In this document: piece by piece, positions 33,401 through 41,391 of the stretch
How the letters are laid out: the number at the start of each line of letters is the position of its first letter
Numbering within the stretch: position 1 is the first letter of the stretch
Assembly: GCA_026387155.1 (NCBI GenBank)
Contig: JAPLMF010000026.1
Location: forward strand, 1-43,115
DNA: 43,115 nucleotides
Direction of reading: 5' to 3'
From: Candidatus Omnitrophota bacterium
GTDB taxonomy: Bacteria > Omnitrophota > Gorgyraeia > 2-01-FULL-45-10
Notes under the pieces: generated by a model
Databases searched by the model: none
What the model was told of the DNA's origin: nothing
Seen by the model: the letters and a program-made list of their open reading frames with translations, nothing else
Translations under genes and position numbers: made by a program

Positions 33401-33653
33401 TCGATATGGAGTGTATGCGTTTTACGCCGGCGACGGTACCGACGGCTTCTTCGATCGGTTTTGTTATGAGAGTCTCTATCTCTTCGGGAGCGGCATTCTC
33501 ATAAGGCGTTACTACCGTAAGCTGCGGATATGTGATCTGGGGAAATAGTTCCTGCGGGAGTATCGCAAGCGACACTGCTCCCAGTATGAGCGTCCCTGAA
33601 ACTATCATGAGTAGCGTTACAGGCCGCTCTATAGAAAATTTCGCTAATTTCAT
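30474..33653 (-). CDS. RND efflux permease (AcrB/MdtB/MdtC-like)
   Basis: A 1,059-aa ORF. MKLAKFSIERPVTLLMIVSGTLILGAVSLAILPQELFPQITYPQLTVVTPYENAAPEEIETLITKPIEEAV plus the 12-TM organisation is a clear ACR_tran-family pattern. Confidence 0.92.
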   Translation of the reverse strand: MKLAKFSIERPVTLLMIVSGTLILGAVSLAILPQELFPQITYPQLTVVTPYENAAPEEIETLITKPIEEAVGTVAGVKRIHSISKEGLSLVIAEFGWNQNINFAALGMREKIDLIKERLPREAEEPTVISYNPFDKPVLILSVTTSKADRTPVSLRELTRKMIKDEVEKVEGVASATISGGLEREIEVQINQDKLKARQIPILDVSKAISSANLNYPAGTIKESFYEYLIRTLGEFGKVSEIEDVAIGFQDRGATEEEQARYQREQQGGRAIAKDRRLIYVKDVAEVIDNVKERTSYSRFNGKENISIAVQKQALGNTVKIINRVKSRLVDLRSNIPKDVDIRIVYDQSAFIRSSITGVWDAAWQGGVIVFFVLLYFLRNTWSSVIVTLTIPISVMATFAIMFFSGVSINMMSLGGLAFGVGSLVDAAIVVIENIFRHMQMGDDNKKAAIIGSEEVTVSVAGSVLTTVVVFVPLIFVIGIVGQISKDFALTVTFSLLASWVASVTIIPLLASRGVSLGKDIAAEVSDDKAKLDKSALVSRVREFFERLLERFIKHKGRYIFYTVVIFLLSMGLFAVMDKELMPKVDQGQFTIKIEMPAGTRLETTNRMSEKMEKFLSSISEVESTSATVGSTKESATRNIVDRLNSNQAEVVVSLKKKRKLKSADVVQIVKNHFSSGELGEARIEYSLQENVLEAGLSAQAPITVEIKGNDLKELEKLAREVQGGLSRIKGVYGIKNDLSDPSPEVKIYIDKDKASLYGLSVTDIAQTSLLGLKGYISSKLKERGEEYDIRVRLRESDRRDFEKLGQMELQTPTGMRTNLSSVASFGKGRGPSEIKRVAQERSVLVYANVYERKITDVMQDVKVLIDNLHAPKNYIVRITGESEEMRASFDSMRNAIIAAFLLVYMVMAALFESLWQPFIIMFTIPLGLIGVSWALFITHTSVSAYVLMGVGILVGIVVNNAIVLMDCVNLFLKKGVPLEKAVVQASSVRFRPIMMTALATVLGLLPMAFLGGEGAELRSPMAITVMGGLMVGTVLTLVVIPTMYIGAAEFANKLFKKK

Positions 33654-33656
33654 CCG

Positions 33657-34877
33657 TTATATAAGCCCTTCCTGTACTTCGGCTATCTCTACGCGCGCTT
33701 TGTCCTTGAGATCTTCCTGGATCTCCACTACTATCATATCATCTTCCGCAAGGCCATCTTCGACCTCAACAAGATCCTGCGTCATGTACCCGAGCTTAAG
33801 CGTCTTCACCTCGATCGTCCCATATTCGGCCGTTTTCTCTTTCGGCGCCTCCGGCTTCGCCTCGGGCTTCTTCAATTCTTTCTTCTTGCCGAACGGCCAG
33901 AAGCTCTTCTTGGCCTGTTTTATAGTTTTTATATTATCGGTCGGAGTCTCTTTGGGCTCTTCCTTATTGACTTTGTACGCTATGTAATCGTTCTCTTTCT
34001 TCTTAAGGCCGGATGACGGTATAACTATTACGTCCTTCTTTTCATATGTAGCGATGAGGGCCCTTACGAACATCCCGGGCTTCAGGAGCCCTTCCTTATT
34101 ATCGAGCTCTATCTTTATATTCTCGGTGCGCGAGCGGCCTTCTATTATAGGCGCTATCCTGTCTATAACGCCGCCGAAAGTCTTCGTCGGATAAGCGTCC
34201 ACAAAAACCTCCGCCTTCTGCCCGAGCGCCACCTTTGGAACGTCCTTTTCTATTATAGAGAACTCCGCGTAGACCTTATCTATTTCTACGAAGCTCCCGA
34301 TCTTATCGTTGGTGCTGCCGGGATTAACGTAGGAACCCACATCCATAGTTCGGGCCCCTAAAAGGCCGTTTGAAGGGGCGTATATATTGGTCTTGTCGAG
34401 ATCGGATTTGGCCGACTCGTATTCGAGTTTAGACTGGTCCATCTTCATCTGGCTTATCCCACCCAGATCGAAGAGTTTTGTATTCTTGGACAGTTCTATC
34501 TCGGCGTACTTAAGCTTAAGGAGCGCATCCCTCTGTATCAGACTCGCTATTATGTCCCCCTCCTGTATCTTCTCGCCCTCTTCAAAGTTAAAACTCTCTA
34601 TAACTCCGGAAACCTGGAACCTCAGATCCACTTCTTTAAAGCCTTTTATATTGCCTATAGCCGGCAGGGTGTCCTTAAAGTCCGTCTTCTTAACCTTAAA
34701 GGCCTTGACCGGCACGGCCTCTTCTTCAAAAGCTACGCCCGGCATCTTCGCCTCCGCGGCTGGCTTCTTCTTGAACAGCACTTTAGTTATGTTGCCTGTG
34801 GTGCGCACCAGTATCACGGTAAGCACAACAGCCGCAAGACCGATAAATACGACACGTTTCTTCATTCCGGCATCCAT
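33657..34877 (-). CDS. RND efflux periplasmic adaptor (membrane fusion protein, HlyD/AcrA family)
   Basis: A 406-aa ORF with an N-terminal TM anchor and a lipoyl/hairpin/beta-barrel pattern (VSGVIESFNFEEGEKIQEGDIIASL ... IYAPSNGLLGARTMDVGSYV ... AEVFVDAYPTKTFGGVIDRIAPII ... LKPGMFVRA). Its stop lies 3 nt from the RND start. Confidence 0.9.
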   Translation of the reverse strand: MDAGMKKRVVFIGLAAVVLTVILVRTTGNITKVLFKKKPAAEAKMPGVAFEEEAVPVKAFKVKKTDFKDTLPAIGNIKGFKEVDLRFQVSGVIESFNFEEGEKIQEGDIIASLIQRDALLKLKYAEIELSKNTKLFDLGGISQMKMDQSKLEYESAKSDLDKTNIYAPSNGLLGARTMDVGSYVNPGSTNDKIGSFVEIDKVYAEFSIIEKDVPKVALGQKAEVFVDAYPTKTFGGVIDRIAPIIEGRSRTENIKIELDNKEGLLKPGMFVRALIATYEKKDVIVIPSSGLKKKENDYIAYKVNKEEPKETPTDNIKTIKQAKKSFWPFGKKKELKKPEAKPEAPKEKTAEYGTIEVKTLKLGYMTQDLVEVEDGLAEDDMIVVEIQEDLKDKARVEIAEVQEGLI

Positions 34878-34906
34878 ATTTTGCTCCTCAAATTTTGTAT
34901 ATGTGT

Positions 34907-36838
34907 CTACTTATTCCTGAAATAATCTTCCACGCCCACGGCTTTTTCGAGTGACGCGAGCGCTGTTTTACAGTCGGTAACCGCTTGGACGTACCCGAAT
35001 TTCTCCTGCGCTACTTTTATCAGGCTGTCTACGACATTAGAATCCTGCACCTCGTCCATACCGCGCTTCATCCTCATCAGTTCCGAGTCAGCTTCCTGGT
35101 ACTTCACTTTATTGGACGCGGTCTCAAGCTGTATCACTGCCTTTTCGTAATTAAAACATCCTTCCCTGATTTCGAGCGTAACGTCGTTCTTTGTCTTGTT
35201 CATCTCCTGCCTTGAGCGGTCATAGTCTATATCTGCCAACTGCTTATCTGAGAACATGTCGAGCTTATCAAGGATCTTGAATTTAAACGAGTTGACCGTG
35301 GCTGCCGTGCCCTGGTAAGTTTGAACGACCGGCACCCAATCTTCTCTCGTATAGGAATATTCCGCCGTGTTACCCGCGAACGGCACACCCACCTTTATCC
35401 CGACGTACCACTGCGGCTGAAGATTACGGCGAGGCGATGTTTCGTTCTCGTTTACTAATCCGGGCGAACCCGAAACATAATCTTCCCAAGCCAAACCCCA
35501 TTGGCCTAATAGGTCTACCTTAGGCAGACTCTTGGCGTTAGCTATGCCCTTGCCGTAATCATAGTAAGTTATCATGAGCGCATTAGCCTTTATTTCTGGA
35601 CGATTCACAAAAGCGTCCTGCAGCGTCTTTTCAAAATCGAGTGTAACTTTCTTGAATTCCGGGCTTGAGATTATACTGAACTTTTCGCGCGGGTTGACAT
35701 TCATTGCCTGTCTTAATATAAGTTCGGCTATAGAAACGTCCCCTTCGGCGGACACGAGCTGATACTTCACCTGGCTTGCCTGAGAGCTTACATTAAGATA
35801 TTCGACTTTAGCGACGGCCCCTGCTTCGTAACCTTTAGAGGATACACCATACATCTTTTCCACTTCTCTTGATAGGATACTCTGTAATACAGCGTTCTCT
35901 TTCGCCTTCTCAACGGTATAGTAGGCTTTCTTCACCTGCAGAACGAGTTCATTTTTTACCCTATTATAGTCATTCTTCGCTATTTGCAGATTAGCCTCTG
36001 CCTGTTTCATCGCGAAATATAATTCCCCTCCGTGAAATATAGGCTGCTGCCCCTCTATATACTGTTTTCTGCCCAGATAATCATCACCACTTACCCGACC
36101 CTTCGTTCTTTCCACCACTATAGTTGCCGTAGGAAGCAGGTTGCGCCGCGCTTCGAATATCCTCATCTCGGCAAGCTTTATCGACTTTTTAGCTACGAGC
36201 GCCTGTATGTTGTTTGCCGCGGCTATCTTTACGCAATCATCTATACTTAGTATCACCGGAACACTTTCCGCCGATATCGCCTTGGCCTCAGAGCCGGAAG
36301 CTTTGATGCCATTATTTCTATATGTCGTCACCGTAGTGAAACCGGTCTCGCCCATAAACGGGCGGCCCTGTATTTTTTTATCAAGCTCCTCTTCTTCGGT
36401 CAGTTTTTTCTTGGGCCCGGTCTGCCATGGCATCGTAAACTTCATTCCGGAGCGAGCCTTCTTCCTCGGGAGAGGCTGGACCGCCTCCACCGGCGGCTGC
36501 GCAACGGTTATGATCTTCACTTCACCCGTAGCTTCAGATTTCAAACCCGAAGTTTCGGCCTGAGATGCCGAAACCGATTTCTCGACTGGGGGGGCCAGAA
36601 CAGCTGCCGCTTCGATCTTTTCGGCAGATGCGGGCTTTGGAAGCGATGTGTCGGTTATATCGATAGCTACCCTGGGCGCACTCTCCTGTTCCGGCTGTGC
36701 GGAGATCGGAGCCATTCGCTCTTTTTTGGCCGATTCAAGCGATATCTCTTCCCTGCCTGCGGGAGCGTCATCGGAGGCAAATACGGCTCCGCAAAGGACG
36801 ACAGTAAATATCAATACAAATAAAAGTCTTCTTATCAT
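34907..36838 (-). CDS. TolC-family outer-membrane efflux protein with a long low-complexity N-terminal extension
   Basis: A 643-aa ORF with signal peptide MIRRLLFVLIFTVVLCGAVFA. After about 190 aa of P/A/E/S-rich linker comes OEP-like sequence (ILSIDDCVKIAAANNIQALVAKKSIKLAEMRIFEARRNLLPT..., NLQIAKNDYNRVKNELVLQVKKAYYTV...). Confidence 0.85.
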   Translation of the reverse strand: MIRRLLFVLIFTVVLCGAVFASDDAPAGREEISLESAKKERMAPISAQPEQESAPRVAIDITDTSLPKPASAEKIEAAAVLAPPVEKSVSASQAETSGLKSEATGEVKIITVAQPPVEAVQPLPRKKARSGMKFTMPWQTGPKKKLTEEEELDKKIQGRPFMGETGFTTVTTYRNNGIKASGSEAKAISAESVPVILSIDDCVKIAAANNIQALVAKKSIKLAEMRIFEARRNLLPTATIVVERTKGRVSGDDYLGRKQYIEGQQPIFHGGELYFAMKQAEANLQIAKNDYNRVKNELVLQVKKAYYTVEKAKENAVLQSILSREVEKMYGVSSKGYEAGAVAKVEYLNVSSQASQVKYQLVSAEGDVSIAELILRQAMNVNPREKFSIISSPEFKKVTLDFEKTLQDAFVNRPEIKANALMITYYDYGKGIANAKSLPKVDLLGQWGLAWEDYVSGSPGLVNENETSPRRNLQPQWYVGIKVGVPFAGNTAEYSYTREDWVPVVQTYQGTAATVNSFKFKILDKLDMFSDKQLADIDYDRSRQEMNKTKNDVTLEIREGCFNYEKAVIQLETASNKVKYQEADSELMRMKRGMDEVQDSNVVDSLIKVAQEKFGYVQAVTDCKTALASLEKAVGVEDYFRNK

Positions 36839-37164
36839 TCTTCTTTGTGGGTCTTCCTGTACTCTCTCATGTAATCGCGCATGTAGTTCCTGTGGCGGTC
36901 CCTGTGTTCTTCTCTGTATAGCTTTAAATACTCGTAGTGTTTCTTACGCCAATCGAGAGACCGCTGGCGGCAGGTTTCTTTCCACGAGGAATCCTGGGCT
37001 TCCTTATATTTAAAGTAGTTCGGATTTCTGTCGCGCCAGGTCCTCATATTCTCCAGTTGCCTCTGATATTGACACTCGATCGACGAACATATCGTCTGGT
37101 TGGGCCTGTATTTATTCGTCAGAAATGGCTTGCCACAGATCCTACAATTTCTCTCTTCCGCCAT
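36835..37164 (-). CDS. Small basic Zn-ribbon protein of unknown function
   Basis: A 109-aa ORF with CRIC-x15-CSSIEC (four Cys) at the N-terminus, followed by an R/K/Y/W-rich helical tail (RDRHRNYMRDYMREYRKTHKEE). A 4-nt ATGA overlap with the TolC-like start indicates translational coupling. Confidence 0.6.
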   Translation of the reverse strand: MAEERNCRICGKPFLTNKYRPNQTICSSIECQYQRQLENMRTWRDRNPNYFKYKEAQDSSWKETCRQRSLDWRKKHYEYLKLYREEHRDRHRNYMRDYMREYRKTHKEE

Positions 37165-37175
37165 AAACTTTCCTC

Positions 37176-38267
37176 CTATGACCTTAGAAAAAGCTCCCTA
37201 ATCGCGAGCGCCGAGGCACCCAGAGCCACACCATCGGGACCAAGAGCCGATGGTATTATGGAAATACTTTTTGACCTGGACGAATGCGCAAGCCTTGCGA
37301 CCGTCCTCTTTACACCTGACAATATGGCTTCGCCGGCCGCCTCTATACCACCGCCTATAATGACGGTCTTAGGGGCGAATATATTCACCAGATACGCTAT
37401 CCTCAAACCTAAATTTATACCGACGGATTCTATGATGCCGCCGGCTACCTCATCCCCCTCTTTAAGAGCTTCTATCACGGAACCTTCTGTTATCTTATTC
37501 ATATCGGCTCCGGCTATGTGCACAATCTTAGTCCCAACGCCTTTTGCGACCTCACCCCTTGCCATGGTTTCGGCGGACAGGGCCCTGCCCCAGGGTCGCA
37601 GGTATTTGGTCGTCTCTTTGGGTTCATCGGAAGAGCCGAGGAGTTCGCTTTCTTTTATGAGCACACACTCTCCCAGGCTTGAATGTACATAAAGAATTCC
37701 ACCACAAGACGCTTTATTGCCTAGCGACCTCTCGCCGAACGCAGCGCAGTATACATTTCTCCCAGCAAAGGCCGGAGCTTTAGCCGCATCGCTTACGCTC
37801 TTTAGTAGTGCTATCGAATCTCTCGTCTCGGACCCGATGCCGACGGCCTTTACTTTAATTCCGCGGGAATTTGCCGCCGCGCAAAGTTCCCTCGCCAATT
37901 TCAGAGCATCCCCGAAGGCCGAACTTCGCTTTTCAACTGGCAGGGCGCTTAAGTCCGTCAGTACCATGTCCACTCTATCCCCATTTATACTTATACCCAA
38001 GGCTCCCCCGTCGCCGGTAGCAAGCTCCAAGAGCTCCGGCTTCCTGCCTCCCGTCGAAACGTCGGGTCCCTTATCGTATAATAATCCCTTATCTATGAAG
38101 CTCTTGATGTAATTAGAGACAGACACCATATTGATGCCGGTATCCTTGGATATGTCCGTTCTTGAAATGACACTTTTTGATTTTATAAGATCAAACACAA
38201 TAAGGTTTTTTGATTCTTTCTCGGAGAGGCCTGTGAATGTAAAATTTTTGTCCCGCTCTATTTTCAT
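37176..38267 (-). CDS. ROK-family-like transcriptional regulator (wHTH plus sugar-kinase/actin-like fold). The Zn/kinase motifs are not evident.
   Basis: A 363-aa ORF. The N-terminus NLIVFDLIKSKSVISRTDISKDTGINMVSVSNYIKSFIDKGLL is a MarR-like wHTH as in NagC/XylR/Mlc. It is followed by GGRKPELLEL...GGALGISING and C-terminal VIIGGGIEAAGE...LGPDGVALGASALA. I could not find the CxCGxxGC Zn motif or GEiGH. Confidence 0.65.
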   Translation of the reverse strand: MKIERDKNFTFTGLSEKESKNLIVFDLIKSKSVISRTDISKDTGINMVSVSNYIKSFIDKGLLYDKGPDVSTGGRKPELLELATGDGGALGISINGDRVDMVLTDLSALPVEKRSSAFGDALKLARELCAAANSRGIKVKAVGIGSETRDSIALLKSVSDAAKAPAFAGRNVYCAAFGERSLGNKASCGGILYVHSSLGECVLIKESELLGSSDEPKETTKYLRPWGRALSAETMARGEVAKGVGTKIVHIAGADMNKITEGSVIEALKEGDEVAGGIIESVGINLGLRIAYLVNIFAPKTVIIGGGIEAAGEAILSGVKRTVARLAHSSRSKSISIIPSALGPDGVALGASALAIRELFLRS

Positions 38268-38286
38268 TTTCTTAACCTTGGATTGC

Positions 38287-38299
38287 GTTAGTAACTAAC
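38287..38299. promoter_or_regulatory. 13-bp perfect palindrome (candidate operator) in the ROK-gene leader
   Basis: GTTAGT-A-ACTAAC at 38287-38299, between the predicted -10 (38309-38314) and the ATG at 38267. Confidence 0.35.
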
Positions 38300-38308
38300 T
38301 TTCGAATA

Positions 38309-38337
38309 AGTATACATAATGATATGGTCAAAGTCAA
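38309..38337 (-). promoter_or_regulatory. Sigma70-like promoter for the ROK / efflux gene string
   Basis: On the coding strand: TTGACT (38337-38332), 17 nt, TATACT (38314-38309). It lies in the only intergenic gap (86 nt) between the TPR gene and the ROK gene. AAGG sits about 10 nt before the ATG. Confidence 0.55.
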
Positions 38338-38353
38338 GGGTGGAGAGGTCGAT

Positions 38354-40090
38354 TTAATTTTTATCGGGAGGAATTGCTTTTATGCCGAGTATCTTATTGT
38401 GTATCTCTTCGGCTTCAGCATTCTTACCCTGCAGCGTATATACCGTAACCAGGTTATTTAAGTCAGTGAGAGTGGCGGCGTGGTTCATGCCGAGGGATTT
38501 CTCATCTATGGCAAGCGCCCTTTCCAAAAGTGGTTCCGCATCGGCATACTTGCCCTGGTATGAATATGCGGCAGCCAGGTTATTTAAATATGTCGCCGTG
38601 AGGACACTGTCTGCTCCCAGCGCTCTTTCTGCTATCTCTATGGCCTTCTTCAGGAGTTCTTCGGACTCTTCATACATCTTCTGTGCCCTATAAGAGGACG
38701 CCAAAGCGTTCAATGCCGCCGCAAAATCCGGATGACTGCTTCCGATGGTACGACCCAATATTGTAATGATCCTTTTATGGAATAGTTCAGCTTCCGAGTA
38801 TTTACCCTGAGCCTCATATGCCGCTATAAGGGCCCTTAAATCATTTACTACGCTAATACTGTCTTCGCCTGATACCTTTTCGTCTATAGCCAGCACGGTG
38901 TATAAGAGCGGTTCGGCCTCAGAATATCTTCTCTGGTAGGAGTAGACCATAGCAAGGTTGCTTGCGTCTGTAGCAATGTCCGGATTGTCCGCCCCGAGAG
39001 CCTTTCGGTCTATCATAAGCGCCCTGGCCAAAAGAGACTCGGCATCTGCATACTTTCCCTGGTAGGAATATACGGTCGCCAGGTTGTTAAGCGATTCCGT
39101 ACAGGATGGGCTATCAGGGCCCGCCGCTTTAACGTTAATTTCAAGCATACGTTTAAGGAGCTCTTCCGCAGAAGCGTATTCCTTTTTATATGAATATATC
39201 GAGGCAAGGTTATTAAGGCTTTTTGATAATTCGACGTTATCGGGTCCGAGCCTGCGCTCATTCGCATCCAGCACCTTCTTGTAGCCTTCGGCGGCCTTAT
39301 CATATTCACCCTGAGATGTATAGAGAGCCGCGAGTTTATTGAGATCGGACATGACCTCCGGGCTTCCCTCCCCGAAGGCCTTCGTATCTATATCCAGCAT
39401 TCTCTCTAACAGAGGTACGATCTCCTTATACTTTCCTTGGGAAAAATATATCGCACCCAGATTGTTAATGTATACCGCCAATGACTGCCTATCGGGGCCC
39501 GTAGCTCCCCCCATTATATCGATCGCTTTTTTCAAAAGATCTTCAGCCTCTTGATAACGCTTCTGGGCTCTATACATACCGGCAAGTCCGTTTAAAGCAG
39601 CGGCATGATCCGAATTTCCCCGATCCGACATATTCCCTGCCAAAACCACGATCTTCTTATACAATACCTCTCGGTCTTGTAGATCGCCATCCTCCTCATA
39701 CATGGATATGAGATCCTTAATATCCGATATCGCAATTTCAGGATGTTTATCGGTCAGTTTTTCGTCGATCCCTATAACCCTGGCCATGACCATCTTGGAT
39801 TCCTGGCGCTTTCCTTCGAATTTATATATCTTGACCAGATTCCGTAAAGAGGCTGCTACTGCCGAGTAGTCGCTTTCGGTAATGCTGTCGCCGATTAAAA
39901 GCGCTCTGGCGGCAACTATCTTCTTAAGCACGGCTTCGGCGCTGGTGTAATCCTTATTTACTTCATACTCGGTAGCCAGAGTCTCCAACGATTTTATATA
40001 ATTTTCGTCATAGACCCTCTCCGCCGATGCGCACATTGGCGTACCGGACAATAATAAAAATGCTAACGCCAGGGCTAACGGTCTATTCAC
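38354..40090 (-). CDS. Secreted tetratricopeptide-repeat protein (TPR_12 / kinesin-light-chain-like 42-aa repeats)
   Basis: A 578-aa ORF with signal peptide MNRPLALALAFLLLSGTPMCASA. About 11 repeats follow the pattern NNLAxxYxxQGKYxEAExLLxRALxIxEKxLGxDxPxxAxxL. Confidence 0.9.
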   Translation of the reverse strand: MNRPLALALAFLLLSGTPMCASAERVYDENYIKSLETLATEYEVNKDYTSAEAVLKKIVAARALLIGDSITESDYSAVAASLRNLVKIYKFEGKRQESKMVMARVIGIDEKLTDKHPEIAISDIKDLISMYEEDGDLQDREVLYKKIVVLAGNMSDRGNSDHAAALNGLAGMYRAQKRYQEAEDLLKKAIDIMGGATGPDRQSLAVYINNLGAIYFSQGKYKEIVPLLERMLDIDTKAFGEGSPEVMSDLNKLAALYTSQGEYDKAAEGYKKVLDANERRLGPDNVELSKSLNNLASIYSYKKEYASAEELLKRMLEINVKAAGPDSPSCTESLNNLATVYSYQGKYADAESLLARALMIDRKALGADNPDIATDASNLAMVYSYQRRYSEAEPLLYTVLAIDEKVSGEDSISVVNDLRALIAAYEAQGKYSEAELFHKRIITILGRTIGSSHPDFAAALNALASSYRAQKMYEESEELLKKAIEIAERALGADSVLTATYLNNLAAAYSYQGKYADAEPLLERALAIDEKSLGMNHAATLTDLNNLVTVYTLQGKNAEAEEIHNKILGIKAIPPDKN

Positions 40091-40617
40091 TCTCGTTTTT
40101 CCTGTTTTTCAGACGGCGGAACTTGAGACGGCAGAATTTCGGATGGCGGGACTTGAGATGATGTGGTTTCAGCCGGAATAACGTCCTCTTTCTTAGTAAG
40201 ACTTTCCAAAACGGCCGTGAATAGCTCTTTCTGCGCCGACAGGTCATTCACGCGTTTCTCAAGCTGTGAGGCATTATGTTCAAGCGTCGTTTTCTCAGCA
40301 GCGGCTTTATCCAGGTTCACTTGTAAAATGGCGGCTTCCTTCTCCTTCTCGGATATGCCTATCTTTATCCTATCATTTTCGATCGCTATACTGGCGACCA
40401 TGAATAGGGCCGCCGCAAATATTGCTAAAACAAGCGCTATCAGGAATACCGGGCGCGTTTTTAGGGGTGGTGCGCCCTGCGCAAGGTCTTTATAGTCCTG
40501 ACTCTCGGAATCTATTTTGGCAAGATCCGACTCATCTATCTTCCAGGGAAGCGTGGGTTCCTCGGATTTCGTCTTAGGCATTTGGCTGGCTACATTATCC
40601 TCGAATTTTTTCTTCAT
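40087..40617 (-). CDS. Bitopic membrane protein with a coiled-coil ectodomain, unknown function
   Basis: A 176-aa ORF with one TM helix (VFLIALVLAIFAAALFMVASIAI), then heptad-like sequence and a short SQVPPSE x2 tail. It has 4-nt overlaps with both neighbours. Confidence 0.6.
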   Translation of the reverse strand: MKKKFEDNVASQMPKTKSEEPTLPWKIDESDLAKIDSESQDYKDLAQGAPPLKTRPVFLIALVLAIFAAALFMVASIAIENDRIKIGISEKEKEAAILQVNLDKAAAEKTTLEHNASQLEKRVNDLSAQKELFTAVLESLTKKEDVIPAETTSSQVPPSEILPSQVPPSEKQEKRE

Positions 40618-41390
40618 AGTTCTCCTCCGTTAACTTCATGTACAAGGTTCTTTATGTCCTCTGCGACTTTGGAATCCGGGTAGAGCTCAAACAGCGACTT
40701 GCCTTCGCTGGAAGCATTCATTATCTCCTGTGATTCGCGCACCACCGTCTTAAGCAGGTTCTCAGGATAGAAGCGTCTCACGGCCTCTTCACACTCCCTG
40801 CATATGGCATAATCGGGGTTGTATCTGTTTAAGAATATATGTATCCTGCCGAGATAGTAAGAAAAATCTTTTTCTATCGATGCTAGCGTCTCCAGGAGTA
40901 TCTTCAGGCCGTGGAACGACAGGAAATCGGCCAAAAGAGGCACCAGTATCTCATCGGACGCAAGTATCGCATTCAGGCTCATGAGCCCGATCGACGGCGC
41001 GGAATCTATGATTATGTAATCGTATTCCCGCTCAGCATTTTTAAGCGCCTTGCGCAGTCTGAATTCCCTAAGCGGCATCCTGAATAACGGCAGCTCCAGC
41101 GACGAAAGCGCTATGGACGACGGGACGAGCTTTAAATTCGGCAAGGACGTATCTACTATGATATTCCTTATGTCCTCGCCCTTGACTATCACGCTGTAGA
41201 GGCTCTTCTCGTGATATACCGATTCTTCGTTTAGGCAGGCTGTCAAATGGGCCTGCGCGTCCAGATCGACCATGAGCACGCGCTTGCCTTTACCGGCGAG
41301 ATAATAGCCGTAGGCGGTCGATACACTCGTCTTCCCCGTACCACCCTTGTAGTTTAGGAAGAGATGTTTTTTTGCCCTAGCCGGCGCCAT
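40614..41390 (-). CDS. ParA/MinD/Soj-family P-loop ATPase
   Basis: A 258-aa ORF with the deviant Walker A LNYKGGTGKTSVS. It also has VLMVDLDAQAHLT and the Walker B-like YDYIIIDSAPSIG, which is typical ParA family organisation. Confidence 0.9.
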   Translation of the reverse strand: MAPARAKKHLFLNYKGGTGKTSVSTAYGYYLAGKGKRVLMVDLDAQAHLTACLNEESVYHEKSLYSVIVKGEDIRNIIVDTSLPNLKLVPSSIALSSLELPLFRMPLREFRLRKALKNAEREYDYIIIDSAPSIGLMSLNAILASDEILVPLLADFLSFHGLKILLETLASIEKDFSYYLGRIHIFLNRYNPDYAICRECEEAVRRFYPENLLKTVVRESQEIMNASSEGKSLFELYPDSKVAEDIKNLVHEVNGGEL

Positions 41391-41391
41391 C

